Assembly: GCF_009834535.1 (NCBI RefSeq)
Contig: NC_045696.1
Coordinates: forward strand, 6,822,001-6,886,000
Length of the DNA stretch: 64,000 nucleotides
Direction: 5' to 3'
Origin: Camelus ferus
Lineage: Eukaryota
Part shown: one piece after another, positions 37,262 to 47,500 of the stretch
Layout of the letters: each line of letters starts with the position of its first letter
Numbering within the stretch: the stretch's first letter is position 1
Made by a program: the position numbers and the translations under genes
Notes under the pieces: model-generated
What the model saw: only the letters and a program-made list of their open reading frames with translations
The model's database searches: none
What the model was told of the DNA's origin: nothing

Positions 37262-38544
37262 GACTGAACAGTTACTGTCTACACCCTTCCTCCGCGTCAG
37301 AATCCCAAGCCTCCCGCTCTCGGACGCCTCCTGTGGGATCCGCTCCAGCCCGTCAAGGATGCACGCGCGTCTCTCCGCTCAGAAATGGCACCTGCTGCGG
37401 GAGACTCCTTGTTTCCTGCTCTGTCCTCCCAGCTGGACCAGGAGATCCGTGAGGGCACGCACAGACACACGTGTGTACAAATACAGAAACAGACACAAAA
37501 CGGCGGCTTACTTATGATGTATCTCAAGCGCAAGGCTCAGTACCAGGTACAGAGAAGGGACTTAATATTTAATGAATTCATAAAAGAAAAATTACAGAGG
37601 GGAGGTTACTCGTGTTACCCCCAGGCTCACTCAGTGAACTCAAGTTTCCACGAACTGTCATGGCTTTAAATCTTCCTCCTCGTCAATGTCAATCGCGCCA
37701 TCATCCTCTTGTCAAAACCCTCCCACCTGAGCCATCTCTGCCCATGGGTCCTTCCCCGTACATTCTCTGAATTCCTTTGGACTTTGCCTTCTGAAAACTT
37801 ACAGCAGAGTTCTTACTCTATTTTCCTTGGAGCACGAGGTCCGTGAGTTCTGAATATGTTTTCTACCAAAAAGATTCCAGTATCGAACCAGCTTGGGAAA
37901 CACTCCATGAGCGGAAAGGCCCAGACAAAACACTTATTTCGTTGAATCCAGAATTTTTTAAGTGTATTGCCAGTTGATGTAGACAATCTATTAACTTTGT
38001 GTATAACATGGAACTCAGAGCCCTTGCTTGACAGCATAATTCCTTCACCATTGCAAATCCCTAGTTGACAGAACCACATTCCATGAGGCTCCCAACCAAG
38101 CTTACTTTTGGGTGGGGGAGAATGAAAATCCAGAAGACCATCCTCCCCACGTCCCTTGAGCGGGAGGAGGATGATGACTTTGGCTGGCAGCCCTGGAGTG
38201 GCCCAAGGCCTCCCTGTACGTGAGAGTCCGGTTTCCCCCAAACCAGGACTGACTTTTATTGCTTCTCTCCAGAAGTGGGAGGTGGTACACAAGGTGCTTG
38301 ACAAAAGCTAGTGTGACCCTTTCTTCATGGACAGTGCCTGTATTTTGCCCTTGGAAATGAGTTATAAATGAGTTATAAATTTCAGGACCCCAAGAAGCCT
38401 ACACATCAGTCAAAACATTATTCTGCTATGGCTTGGGGCCCCACAGAAACCCGGCCACCTCAGATCCAAGCTTGGGAGAGTGCCTCTTCTTTCTGAACTT
38501 GGTTTTATCCAACCTGGAACAGCTGAACATCTCTCCTCCCAACC

Positions 38545-38611
38545 CAACATGTGCACATGTGTGTGCACAAGTGCTGTGCACAAGCACACACACACACACA
38601 CACACACTCAC
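38545..38611. repeat. (CA)n microsatellite preceded by TG/CA palindromic stretch
   Basis: 'acatgtgcacatgtgtgtgcaca...cacacacacacac'. Confidence 0.9.
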
Positions 38612-39094
38612 CTCTTTGCAAGGCAGGCATCGATTTTTTTCCCAACAGCCTGGGCACGTGCTTCAAGCTCTGTGAGGTCACTTTGTCTATAGGCTAAACT
38701 ACAGCCACAGAGCCCAGGCCTTAGGACGGGAGAGGGAGATGTTCTTTTTGATGACAGGTCTTTCCCAGAACCTGAAAATGACCTCAGGTGAACCTTGGGC
38801 ACAATGAACTAAAAGCTGTCCTATCCTTAACTGACCCAGTGGTGCAGTCGCAGCTGATACCTCACCGCTGCCCACGAAGCTGCCTTGTGCTGGTGCAGGG
38901 AAGCCTCACACTTAAGAACTCAGCATCAAACCGAGGCTCACTAGGAAGCCATTGAGAGTGTCAGTGCTGTCCAGCCCGACACTGTGGCCCAACTTTGTTC
39001 GGGGGACACTTCGTGCTGTCCTGTCCTCAGAGGAAACTGCAGCAACACCCTGACTTGTATACATTTTCTACAGAGCTGGTCGTAAACCTCCCGG

Positions 39095-39215
39095 GACCCT
39101 ATCTGTGAGCCCTTGAAGGCAGGGACGGTGTCTTGTTCTGGCTCGCCTCCCTCCTCTCAGTACTCAGCTAGCGGTCAGTACTTGGCCCCCAGCAGGATGT
39201 GGTCAACGTTCATCG
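39095..39215 (+). mobile_element. L2 3' tail fragment
   Basis: 'ctgtgagcccttgaaggcagggacggtgtcttgttc...cttggcccccagcaggatgtggtcaacgtt'. Confidence 0.55.
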
Positions 39216-41070
39216 AGCCGACTTGCCGTGAAGATCAGATTCCTTTTGCTTTCTCAACCGCTCCCTCTACAAACCTTACCAAAGAGCCATATGTGAGCAT
39301 GAAAGATGACTGATACATAGTGCTTGCCCTCAAGGGGCTCCCAGTCTAGGACCGCATTCAGGCGCAGACAGAGACAGGACTAAGCACCGTGGAGGCTGTG
39401 TTGGAGGGTGGCCGCTTTCCGAGCGGGTGTGTGAGAAAGAAGGCAGCCTGCCACGGGGGCCGGCGCTGCTCCTCCACGTTCCTCTGGCCTCCTCCCGACA
39501 TTGCCACTTCTGCTTTCCTTAACCTCCCACCCCGTTACCCATCCTGCGCGTCTTTACTGCTCCCTCCGTGACTCAGTGCTGGGCATAGCTTACTAGACAC
39601 TCTAGGTGCCCTGACGGGAGTGAGCAAAAATACAAACAAATAAACACGACTGGAACAAACAGGCTCCCCGGTTTCTGATACCGAGCACAGCTCTGGGCAA
39701 GGGTCTGATGCTGACACACCAGTCCTAGCTTCTGGATGCAGGGCTGCACTATGCTTGGTAAAAAGGAGGCTGGTTGACCAGCAAGCCTGCTGGAGGGACG
39801 CCTGAGCCACTCAGAGTGTTGCTGTGGGTCGAGCCTGCTCTGCCACTTGCCTAACTCAGAATGTTGCTAAATAAATCACTGCAGTCCCACAAAGCTACTG
39901 GCTTGGATTTCAAGTCACCGTTTAAGGAAAGAAGTAGAATATGAGAATATTATAAGAAATATGCATTTGCTCTGTTCCTCTCTAAAGAAGGTAATTCTTT
40001 TTAAAAAGAAAAAAAATCCCCATAAGTGCAGCCATAGTCATAATGGGAAGTGACATTATAACTTCAGGCACAGGAATAATTCAATTATCCTTGAAGGTTA
40101 CTGAGTTTGAAAGGAGCGTTTTGCTGTGTTTTCTTTCTCAAGCCTCAGCTATTCAAAGCTGAGTGCTTATTGTTCTCACCAGGCAGGCTGACAGTGGACA
40201 GGAGATCGCAAAAAGAGCTCCTTCCCTAAATGAAACCACGTAGCCGTCACGCCTACCGAGGACACTGTCAGATGCAAGTTACCGGTCTGACTTACACTTG
40301 AAGAAAATCTCGCAATTCCTTTTTTTTCTTTGATTCTCTCTTCAACTTGTGTTCTATCTTACAAAATGTCAAACAAATTAAGTGTATGAACTTCTGGTGC
40401 ATTCCAGAGAACGAGACAGACAATACACTCCCACATTTGTTCTGAAACATGGTATTCTGTTAAGTTCAAACTAAAGCAGCAGGGTCTGAATCCACAGTCC
40501 CAGGAAATAAGGCCTCTTGGCAGGGTCGGGGATGGGGAGGTGAGGGAGGAGGCGAGTGAGGGAGGCAAGCAGCTTCAGAGAGTATCTCTGGCCACCTGGC
40601 TGGGGATGGATGGAAACACTGCGGGGTCCAGCAATATTTCTGTTCCACCTTCCGGAAGCAAGAGCAAGCTTACCTGTTACCTGTTTAAATCTCTCTCAGT
40701 GGCCTTTTAGCCTAACCAGAATTTCCCGTCACCCACTCCACAAAATATCCTGGCTTTTTCCCTTTCATTTGGAAAGCAAATTATTCATCTGGATTTTATA
40801 CTTGAGCCTCAAGTCTTCCTGCTTGGGGGAAGAAGCATCTTTTAGATCAGCAATGTTTTCCCCATACACATCCTGCAGAGAGCTGTGTTGATGCCATTGG
40901 ATAAAAGCCATGGAAATATTCTCATGCAGTTGGTTCTCCTTACAGCTGTTGACTGGGATAGAAATTGTAGATAATGCCAGTACCTTGTCTGCAGGGAAGA
41001 AGGGTAGTCTGGCTTTAGACTTTCTGAGTTGTCACAAGAGACCTGGAAAGGAAAGGTGGGGGAGGGGATG

Positions 41071-41480
41071 CATGTCTGTGAGTCTATTTCTTTCTTTGTT
41101 ATATTCAGGAGTTTGCTGTATTTTTTAGATTCCACATATAAGTGACATCATACAGTATTTGTCTTTCTCTGACTTACTTCATTTAGCATAATGCCCTCCA
41201 AGTCCACCTATGTTGTTGTAAATGGCAAAATTTTGTTCTTTTTGTGGCTGAGTAATATTCCATTTATAAGTGAGTGTGTGTGTGTATTATATATATATAT
41301 TATATATATATAATTTTCTTTATCCATTCATCTGTTGATGGACACTTAGAATGCTTCCTTATCTTGGCTATTATAAATAATGCAGCTATGAACATTGGAG
41401 TGTATGTCTCTTTTTTAACTTTGTTTTCTTTGGATATATGCCCAGGAGTGGAGTTGCTGGGTCAGATGATAGGTCTTCAT
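41071..41480 (-). mobile_element. L1 3' region (L1MA/artiodactyl L1-like)
   Basis: 'ttagattccacatataagtgacatcatacagtatttgtctttctctgacttacttcatttagcataatgccctccaagtcca...ttatccattcatctgttgatggacacttag...cccaggagtggagttgctgggtca'. Confidence 0.9.
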
Positions 41481-41509
41481 ATATAGATAAATAGCTGTCT
41501 TTTTGAAGA

Positions 41510-41725
41510 TTGTTGCTCTAGGATCACTCCCTAGAGTTGAATCCTGGCTCTCCTGACTATTAGTTGAGTGATTTGGGGCAAGTAACTTAACTTATGAAAG
41601 CCTCAGTTTGCTCATCTGTAAAATGGAAATAAAGGGAGTTTCTACCTTGAAGAGTTTGGTGAGAATGAAGCTAGACCATATGTGTCACATGTGGACCTCT
41701 GAACCTCACACAGTCAGTGCCCACT
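41510..41725 (+). mobile_element. MIR (tail resumes at ~41890-41915 after MER91)
   Basis: 'gttgaatcctggctct...tttggggcaaagtaacttaac...gcctcagtttgctcatctgtaaaatggaaataa'. Confidence 0.85.
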
Positions 41726-41889
41726 CACGGGCCACACCTTATGACTTTGCACAGGGCTCCATGCTCAGAAGGGCCCCATACTTGGCTTAACACTTTACTG
41801 TCATCATCCTGAAATTCTTAACCGAGTTTTACCAAGGGGACTTGCATTTTTCTTTCACACTGGGTCCCACAATTTTGCAGCCTTTCCTA
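41726..41889. mobile_element. MER91A-like hAT element nested in MIR
   Basis: 'cacagggctccatgctcagaagggccccatacttgg...cctgaaattcttaa...cacactgggtcccacaatt'; degenerate 8-bp TSD tgcccact/agcccagt. Confidence 0.75.
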
Positions 41890-42849
41890 AGCCCAGTAAA
41901 TGTTAGTTGATGTCATCAATCATCCCCTTGGTACTTCATTATTTCAAAGCTCAATGCATAGTCAAAACATACGGATCAATAGATAAACAAGATTTTACTG
42001 ATTATCTTTTCAGTATATAAACCACCCAGCAACACCGTTAGGGCTCTGAATTATTTAGTAATGAAAAATTAAGTTAGAAGCCGAGAGGTCTGCCAGGAGT
42101 GTCCTTGCACTGAGATGTCCACAAACAAACACTGGGAGCTCCATTTTCAGGAGGACGGGGGACGAGCTGCTGGCAGGCACTGGCCCTGAGGTGGCTGTCC
42201 TGGAAAGGGCCAAGGTTATCCTTTGTAACAGGGAAAATCGAAACAATGAACTGTTAGCTGCCGTGAAGGCAGAAGCAACCTCAGATGCACAAAAGCACCA
42301 GCAGTTAAAGCCGAGGAAGCCAGAGCAGAAGGTGGGGGGCCAGAGTGCCCGGTGCCTGGGGGGTGACTGGTCACTTCATCTTCCATCCACCCCCACCCCA
42401 CACCCCAGGCTCGCCAGGTCAGGTCAGGGACAAAAGCCCTGGACCAGAGGGAGAGGAGAAAACAGGCTGGGGATCAGCATCTGGAATTCACAGGGAAGGT
42501 GGAGATTCCCTGCCAGAGCTGGGCTTGTGCAGAGAGGCAGCCGTGGTTCTGGTTCTTGGAAGGAAGGCTTTTGCTTTTAGGGTCTTTCTTCTTGGAATAA
42601 GATTAGTTTTCTTTACAAAAATAATGCCTGTTTATTGGAGACAGTAGTGATTCACCTTGGAGGGGGTGACCATGTCCAGAGAGGCCCCACAAAGCCTGCA
42701 CCTTTATTTCTAGAATCAGCGGTTGAGGCGGCGTGGGGGCCCCTGAGCCCGCACTGAGCTGAGGGTGGTGGGAGGAGCACACGTCCACTGCCAGGTGGTC
42801 CCTGCTCGCTGGGACCTTGGGGTGCATGGAAAGGGGACTGCCGGGCCTT

Positions 42850-43860
42850 AGTGTGACTTTGGCTTTGCTGAGAAAAGGGAAGAGAAGGAGAGTTTAGAGC
42901 AGGAGACTGTTAGGACCCAACTTACATTTTGAAAGGACCACTGCATTGAGAATAGACTTTCAGGGACAGTGATGGATGCAGAGAGGCCAGTCAGGAGGCT
43001 GCTGCAGAGATGGGTGCTTGAACCAGGAGGGAGGTGGTGGTGGAGGTAGGAGCCAAGGCTGTCAGCTCTATGGGTCTGGAGTTCAAGGGAGGTCCAGGCT
43101 AGAGACAAAAAATAAATTTGGCCATCGTTAGCACAGAGTCAGGTATTTAAATCCAGAGTGAGGATGGAGAAGAGAACGGGGCATCCTAGATAATGAGGAA
43201 CCAGCCAACAGAAAAAAGAAAAACCACAGCAGTGAGAAGCCAAGTGAAGGACGTGTCAAAGAGGAGCGGGTGATGAGGTGGGCCACCTGCCATGGATGGT
43301 CCAGCAGACAGGAGGACCCGGGGGCCAGGAGTGACATACGCTGGGCAGGAACCATCGAGGGCCTGGACCGAAGCAGCTCACCAGGTAGAGAGAGGGCAAC
43401 CCCTGAGCAGAGAGAGTTTAAGAGAGATGGAGGGCATAGAAATTGGAGAGGCAGTAAGAGTAAGTCTTCTAAGGAGTTTGCTGTAAAAGCGAGTAGAGAG
43501 TGGAGGTAGAATCTTCTGGGGGTCAGCGAAGGGGACAAAAAAAGATTTTCTTTTTAGGATAAGTAATAACAGCAGACCAGAAGGAGCCGAAAATGCTAAG
43601 AAATAGGGGAAATGCCGAGCCATGGTGTCCGCTAGCAGGCAAAAGGGAAGGGCGGGGATCTGAAGGGCAGTGCGGGGAGGGCTGCAGTGGACGGGGGCCT
43701 GGGATAGTGCATGGCTAGGAACCGGACTGGGCGCGGAGGAGACAGGCAGGGATGCAGGCAGGTGGGCGGAGGACGCCTGGTAGCCTGTGGGCGTTTCCCT
43801 GTGACGGCATCAGCTTTCTCGGTGAAAGTGGAAGCTGGGTCTTCGGCTGAGAGTGATGGT
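42850..43860 (-). mobile_element. L2 (L2a-like) long fragment
   Basis: 'acttacattttgaaaggaccac...gtctggagttcaagggaggtccaggctagagac...aggagtttgctgtaaaagcgagtagagag...gctttctcggtgaaagtggaagctgggtcttcggctgagagtga'. Confidence 0.85.
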
Positions 43861-43984
43861 GGGGAGAGGCGCTGGGGGTCCGAGGGGAGAGGCGCTGGGG
43901 GTCCGAGTGGAGAGGCCCTGGGGGTCCGAGGGGAGAGGGGCTGGGGGTCCGAGGGGAGAGGCGCTGGAGGTCCGAGGGGAGAGG
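43861..43984. repeat. 23-bp G-rich minisatellite, ~5.4 copies (GGGGAGAGGCGCTGGGGGTCCGA)
   Basis: Units start at 43861, 43884, 43907, 43930, 43953 and 43976 (partial), with 0-2 substitutions each. Confidence 0.95.
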
Positions 43985-44044
43985 AGAGTGGGAAAGTTGA
44001 CCATTTGCTCATCTTTCTATCTCTAGTTCCTACATAACGGGTTC

Positions 44045-44144
44045 TCTTCTTTATTAAAATATAGTTGATTTACAATGTTGTATTAGTTTCTGGTTTGCAG
44101 CATGGTAATTCAGTTAAAGATATATAAATATATACATATATACA
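44045..44144 (-). mobile_element. Heavily 5'-truncated L1 3' end with 14-bp TSD
   Basis: 'tttattaaaatatagttgatttacaatgttgtattagtttctgg...ttcagtta' is an artiodactyl-type L1 terminus; TSD TACATAACGGGTTC at 44031-44044 and 44145-44158. Confidence 0.85.
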
Positions 44145-44291
44145 TACATAACGGGTTCCTAATGAAGCTTCTTGGATGCATAAACACTTACAAGTCAAGG
44201 CTAATTAAACGGCATTAGTCTAGACAGGTCTGGAAACCCTAATGTGCTCTCCTGGCTGTATAGGGCCAATAAGGTTCCTGAACCAGTTTGG

Positions 44292-44545
44292 GAGGCCAGT
44301 CACTGTATGGTTGGGCACATGGACTCTGGCTGATCTCAGTCCAAACATCCCCACTGACTGAGCTATTTTTTTTTTTTTTTTTTTGGAAAAGTCTTTAACC
44401 TGATTTAGTCTCGTTTCTTCATCTGTAAACTATGACTGGTAATAGTCCCCTAGAATCACCGTGAGGATTTATCGGAAGGACTCACATAAAGTGCGTGGCA
44501 CCTGATAAGCCCAGAAAGTAGGACAGGCATCACCATCGCACTTGG
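44292..44545 (+). mobile_element. MIR with internal poly-T
   Basis: 'ggttgggcacatggactctgg...gtttcttcatctgtaaac...gtgaggattt...taaagtgcgtggcacctg'. Confidence 0.7.
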
Positions 44546-47500
44546 TGTCATCATATTGATAAGAAATTACTTCAGGGCACCCACAGGGGGGATGGTGGTA
44601 TTGACCTGGACAAGCCTGTGAGCGATGGTTGGAGAGTCATCTCTGTGTTCTAGGGTATGGCCCTCAGGCCCCAGAAGCAGCAACTTGACTTTGTCAAGGC
44701 CTGTAGAGAATATTGAGCCCAGGGAGCCAGACTCACATAAACTAAACTCACAGCAGACTGATGTATAAACCAGAAAGCCAATTTAGGAAACATCACTGCC
44801 AGGAGGAAGGTCTCCTGAGGGAGCCAAGTTATAATCAGAAGGCTGTTCAAAGAGTCTGGTTGAGGGACATGAATGGATGGATGTCACCAGGCTGTGATAC
44901 TCAGTCAGCTACCCTGTGCCTGTGTAGATTGAGTCTCGGGGGGACTGACATTTCCTCTTGGTAGCCAGGGTGCCCTGTTCCCTAAGTGATGCCAGTGACA
45001 CAAAGGAAGACTTGCCCTTTGAACTTCAAGGGTCCAGACTCCAGGCAACCCACTCACTGAGATTCCTCCAGGAACCTTACCAGTTCGGGCCCCTTTAACA
45101 TCCAGGCAACCTGGACGAGACTTCTAAGCCTGGGTTGTGCTGCTTTATACTGAAAGACAGACTCTTTCTCGATGACTTCTGCAGATATTACTTCACATGT
45201 TAGTTAATAAATTATCCAGCTTAGCGCTCAAAGTACAGCCTTCAATCTCTGCCTGGCTTTACATTGACTGATCAAAGCAGCCCTTAGGGTATCTGTGCCT
45301 TATTTTGACTTGCATGTAAACCTTTGTTTGTTTAATAACTAAACTCCCCCTCCCTGCCATTAAAAAAAAAGCTAAACTCTATTTTCATGGGGAATTTGAC
45401 TTTTATTTTAAAATTCATACACTTAATTTAAGAAAAATAAAACCCATATGTTTCTAACTTACTCATTCTAAATCCATCAAAACATTTTAACAGTTGCCTA
45501 ATGCCCAAGAATCATTTTGATGTTTCTTAATATGTTTTGAAAAAAAAAAAACCTTTCCTTAAAAAATGAAAGAAGAAACAGGTGGTTATACTTTGTGAGT
45601 GGGAAATATATCCAAACACCAAACTTCTGTTGCTTTGGACACATTTCATGCTACAGATTCACCTTTCTCCATCTCTGTTTATCTAACAGTACCCCCATCT
45701 GTCTGCCAGTTTACTCATCTGTCTGCAAAAGCACCTTGTTCTTTGAATGACTTCTTCCAGATTTGAGGAAGGAGCCATACATCATGTATGAAGACCATCC
45801 AAGAATATGAATCTTGTTGTTATCCAGGAAAAGGTCTCAGAGCCTAGAGTGTGATTGTGCCCAGACTCCTGTCCTCTTGTCAAGGGTAGAGTTGGCTTCT
45901 GACCCTCACCTGGCCCCCTCCCGGCCCTCCACCTGAACATTCTGCTAGGAAGGTGGGTGGGAGGTGCACGAGGCCCACATCAGCCTTCCATTTCACATCC
46001 CGATCCCCGTCGACCCAGAACATTCAGCCCCAGACTTTGTTTGAGCTCTTGCATTAGTCTGAGCAGAACCAAGCAGAGCAGAGCACCAGGATCAGAGGAA
46101 TGTACACATCCGATGACGGTCATTGCTGTGATGTCCCCTAAGCTATGTCCTCAGTCCAGGACCCACAGCCTGCCTGAGTCCACCCATCCATCATGCCCTG
46201 TGTTAGTTCTCACCCACTCAGGACTGTCCCCTCCACTGTTATTAAACGCATGTGCCAAAGGATAGCCAGTGCTGGGCACTGGAGCCCTCAAGGTCAGAGG
46301 GGAAATAAAAAAGGAGAATGGAAGGTAGCGGATGGGAAAGAAGTAGGAAGGAGCTGAAGTAGGGAGAGCCCTGAGCACAACAAAGAACCCTGGAGAGACA
46401 GAGGGAATGGTGCACCCCCAGAGGAACTGGTGTCCAAGTCTGTGAGACGGACAAGGAGCCCCCCCAGACCACACTGTGAGGATCTCATGAGTGTCCAGGC
46501 CAAGCTGCTGTTCCAGAAGCAGAGCGCAGCTGAGGTGAGCTCGGGTGAGGAGCGTAGAGGGACAGAAAGACCATGATGGACAATGACATCATCAGATTAC
46601 CTTTGGGATCACCCTTTGGAGCTGACTCTTGAAGAGTCACCCCAAAATGGACACACTTCTTCCTCAGATATAAACACCTAATAATAAAGAAACCAAACCA
46701 TTCAGGCACGCATTGTGCTGTGTCCACATTCTCTCTGAAATGATCTGTAACTCATTTAAATCCCTTCTTAAGAGCTGATTTTGAAAACCAAACAGGACAA
46801 ATAGTTCTTGAATTGTTCCGATTTTTTTTTTAATGCACTATCTGTACTAGCTCAGAATTATCCTAACAGAGCTCTGAAACCCAGAGAGACAGATTTCAGT
46901 TCAGGCAGTCTGGATATTTTAGATCCTGAGGGATAACTCTGGGAATAGGTCTGGCTCCCTGCCAGCTAGGTACTTGGGCCTGGGCCAAAGAGATAAATAC
47001 TGGGCCACAAGTAGAACAGATGCTTGAAAGGTCTGTTCCACTCCTGAGATCTCTGTTTAATGGTGGCTATTGCTGACATGATTGCTTTTAAATTTTTAAT
47101 TTCTCTAGCCAGACCTATAATGCCACATGTCCACCCACGTTTCAGCAGGGCAGAGGAACTCCATCAACTGTGTGCCCTCCTAGTTATCGCAACACACGTG
47201 AGCAACAGAAAAGGGATAACTCAGCATCGAGCGGGGGCTCCTGCCTCGCGCACTTCCACGATGTAAGAAGTTGCTGTCTGACAAGCTCACTTTGGAGAAC
47301 CGCGGTCTCGCTTTTCTCCTTCCCTGCGTTCTCCCAGAGATCACGGTCCTGACTTGCCTCTGCCGGTGCTGGTCCTTTGTTTTCAACTCCTACTGTCCCT
47401 AGCACCTCACCCCTCTAGCCTGAGCTCAGAAGAACACAGTTCCTCATGAAAACTGCCACATCCTGGAACCTAGACTTCACAATTTAGTATCTACTGAAGG

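Noticed and set aside
38355..38380. 11-bp tandem duplication AAATGAGTTAT (similar micro-duplications near 47570 and 63525)
   Set aside because: Ordinary slippage-type duplications with no further structure.
43632..44037. Pro/Gly-rich repetitive ORFs and a CRISPR-like appearance of the 23-bp repeats
   Set aside because: The repeats are head-to-tail with no unique spacers, the context is eukaryotic with no cas genes, and the ORFs are translations of the VNTR.
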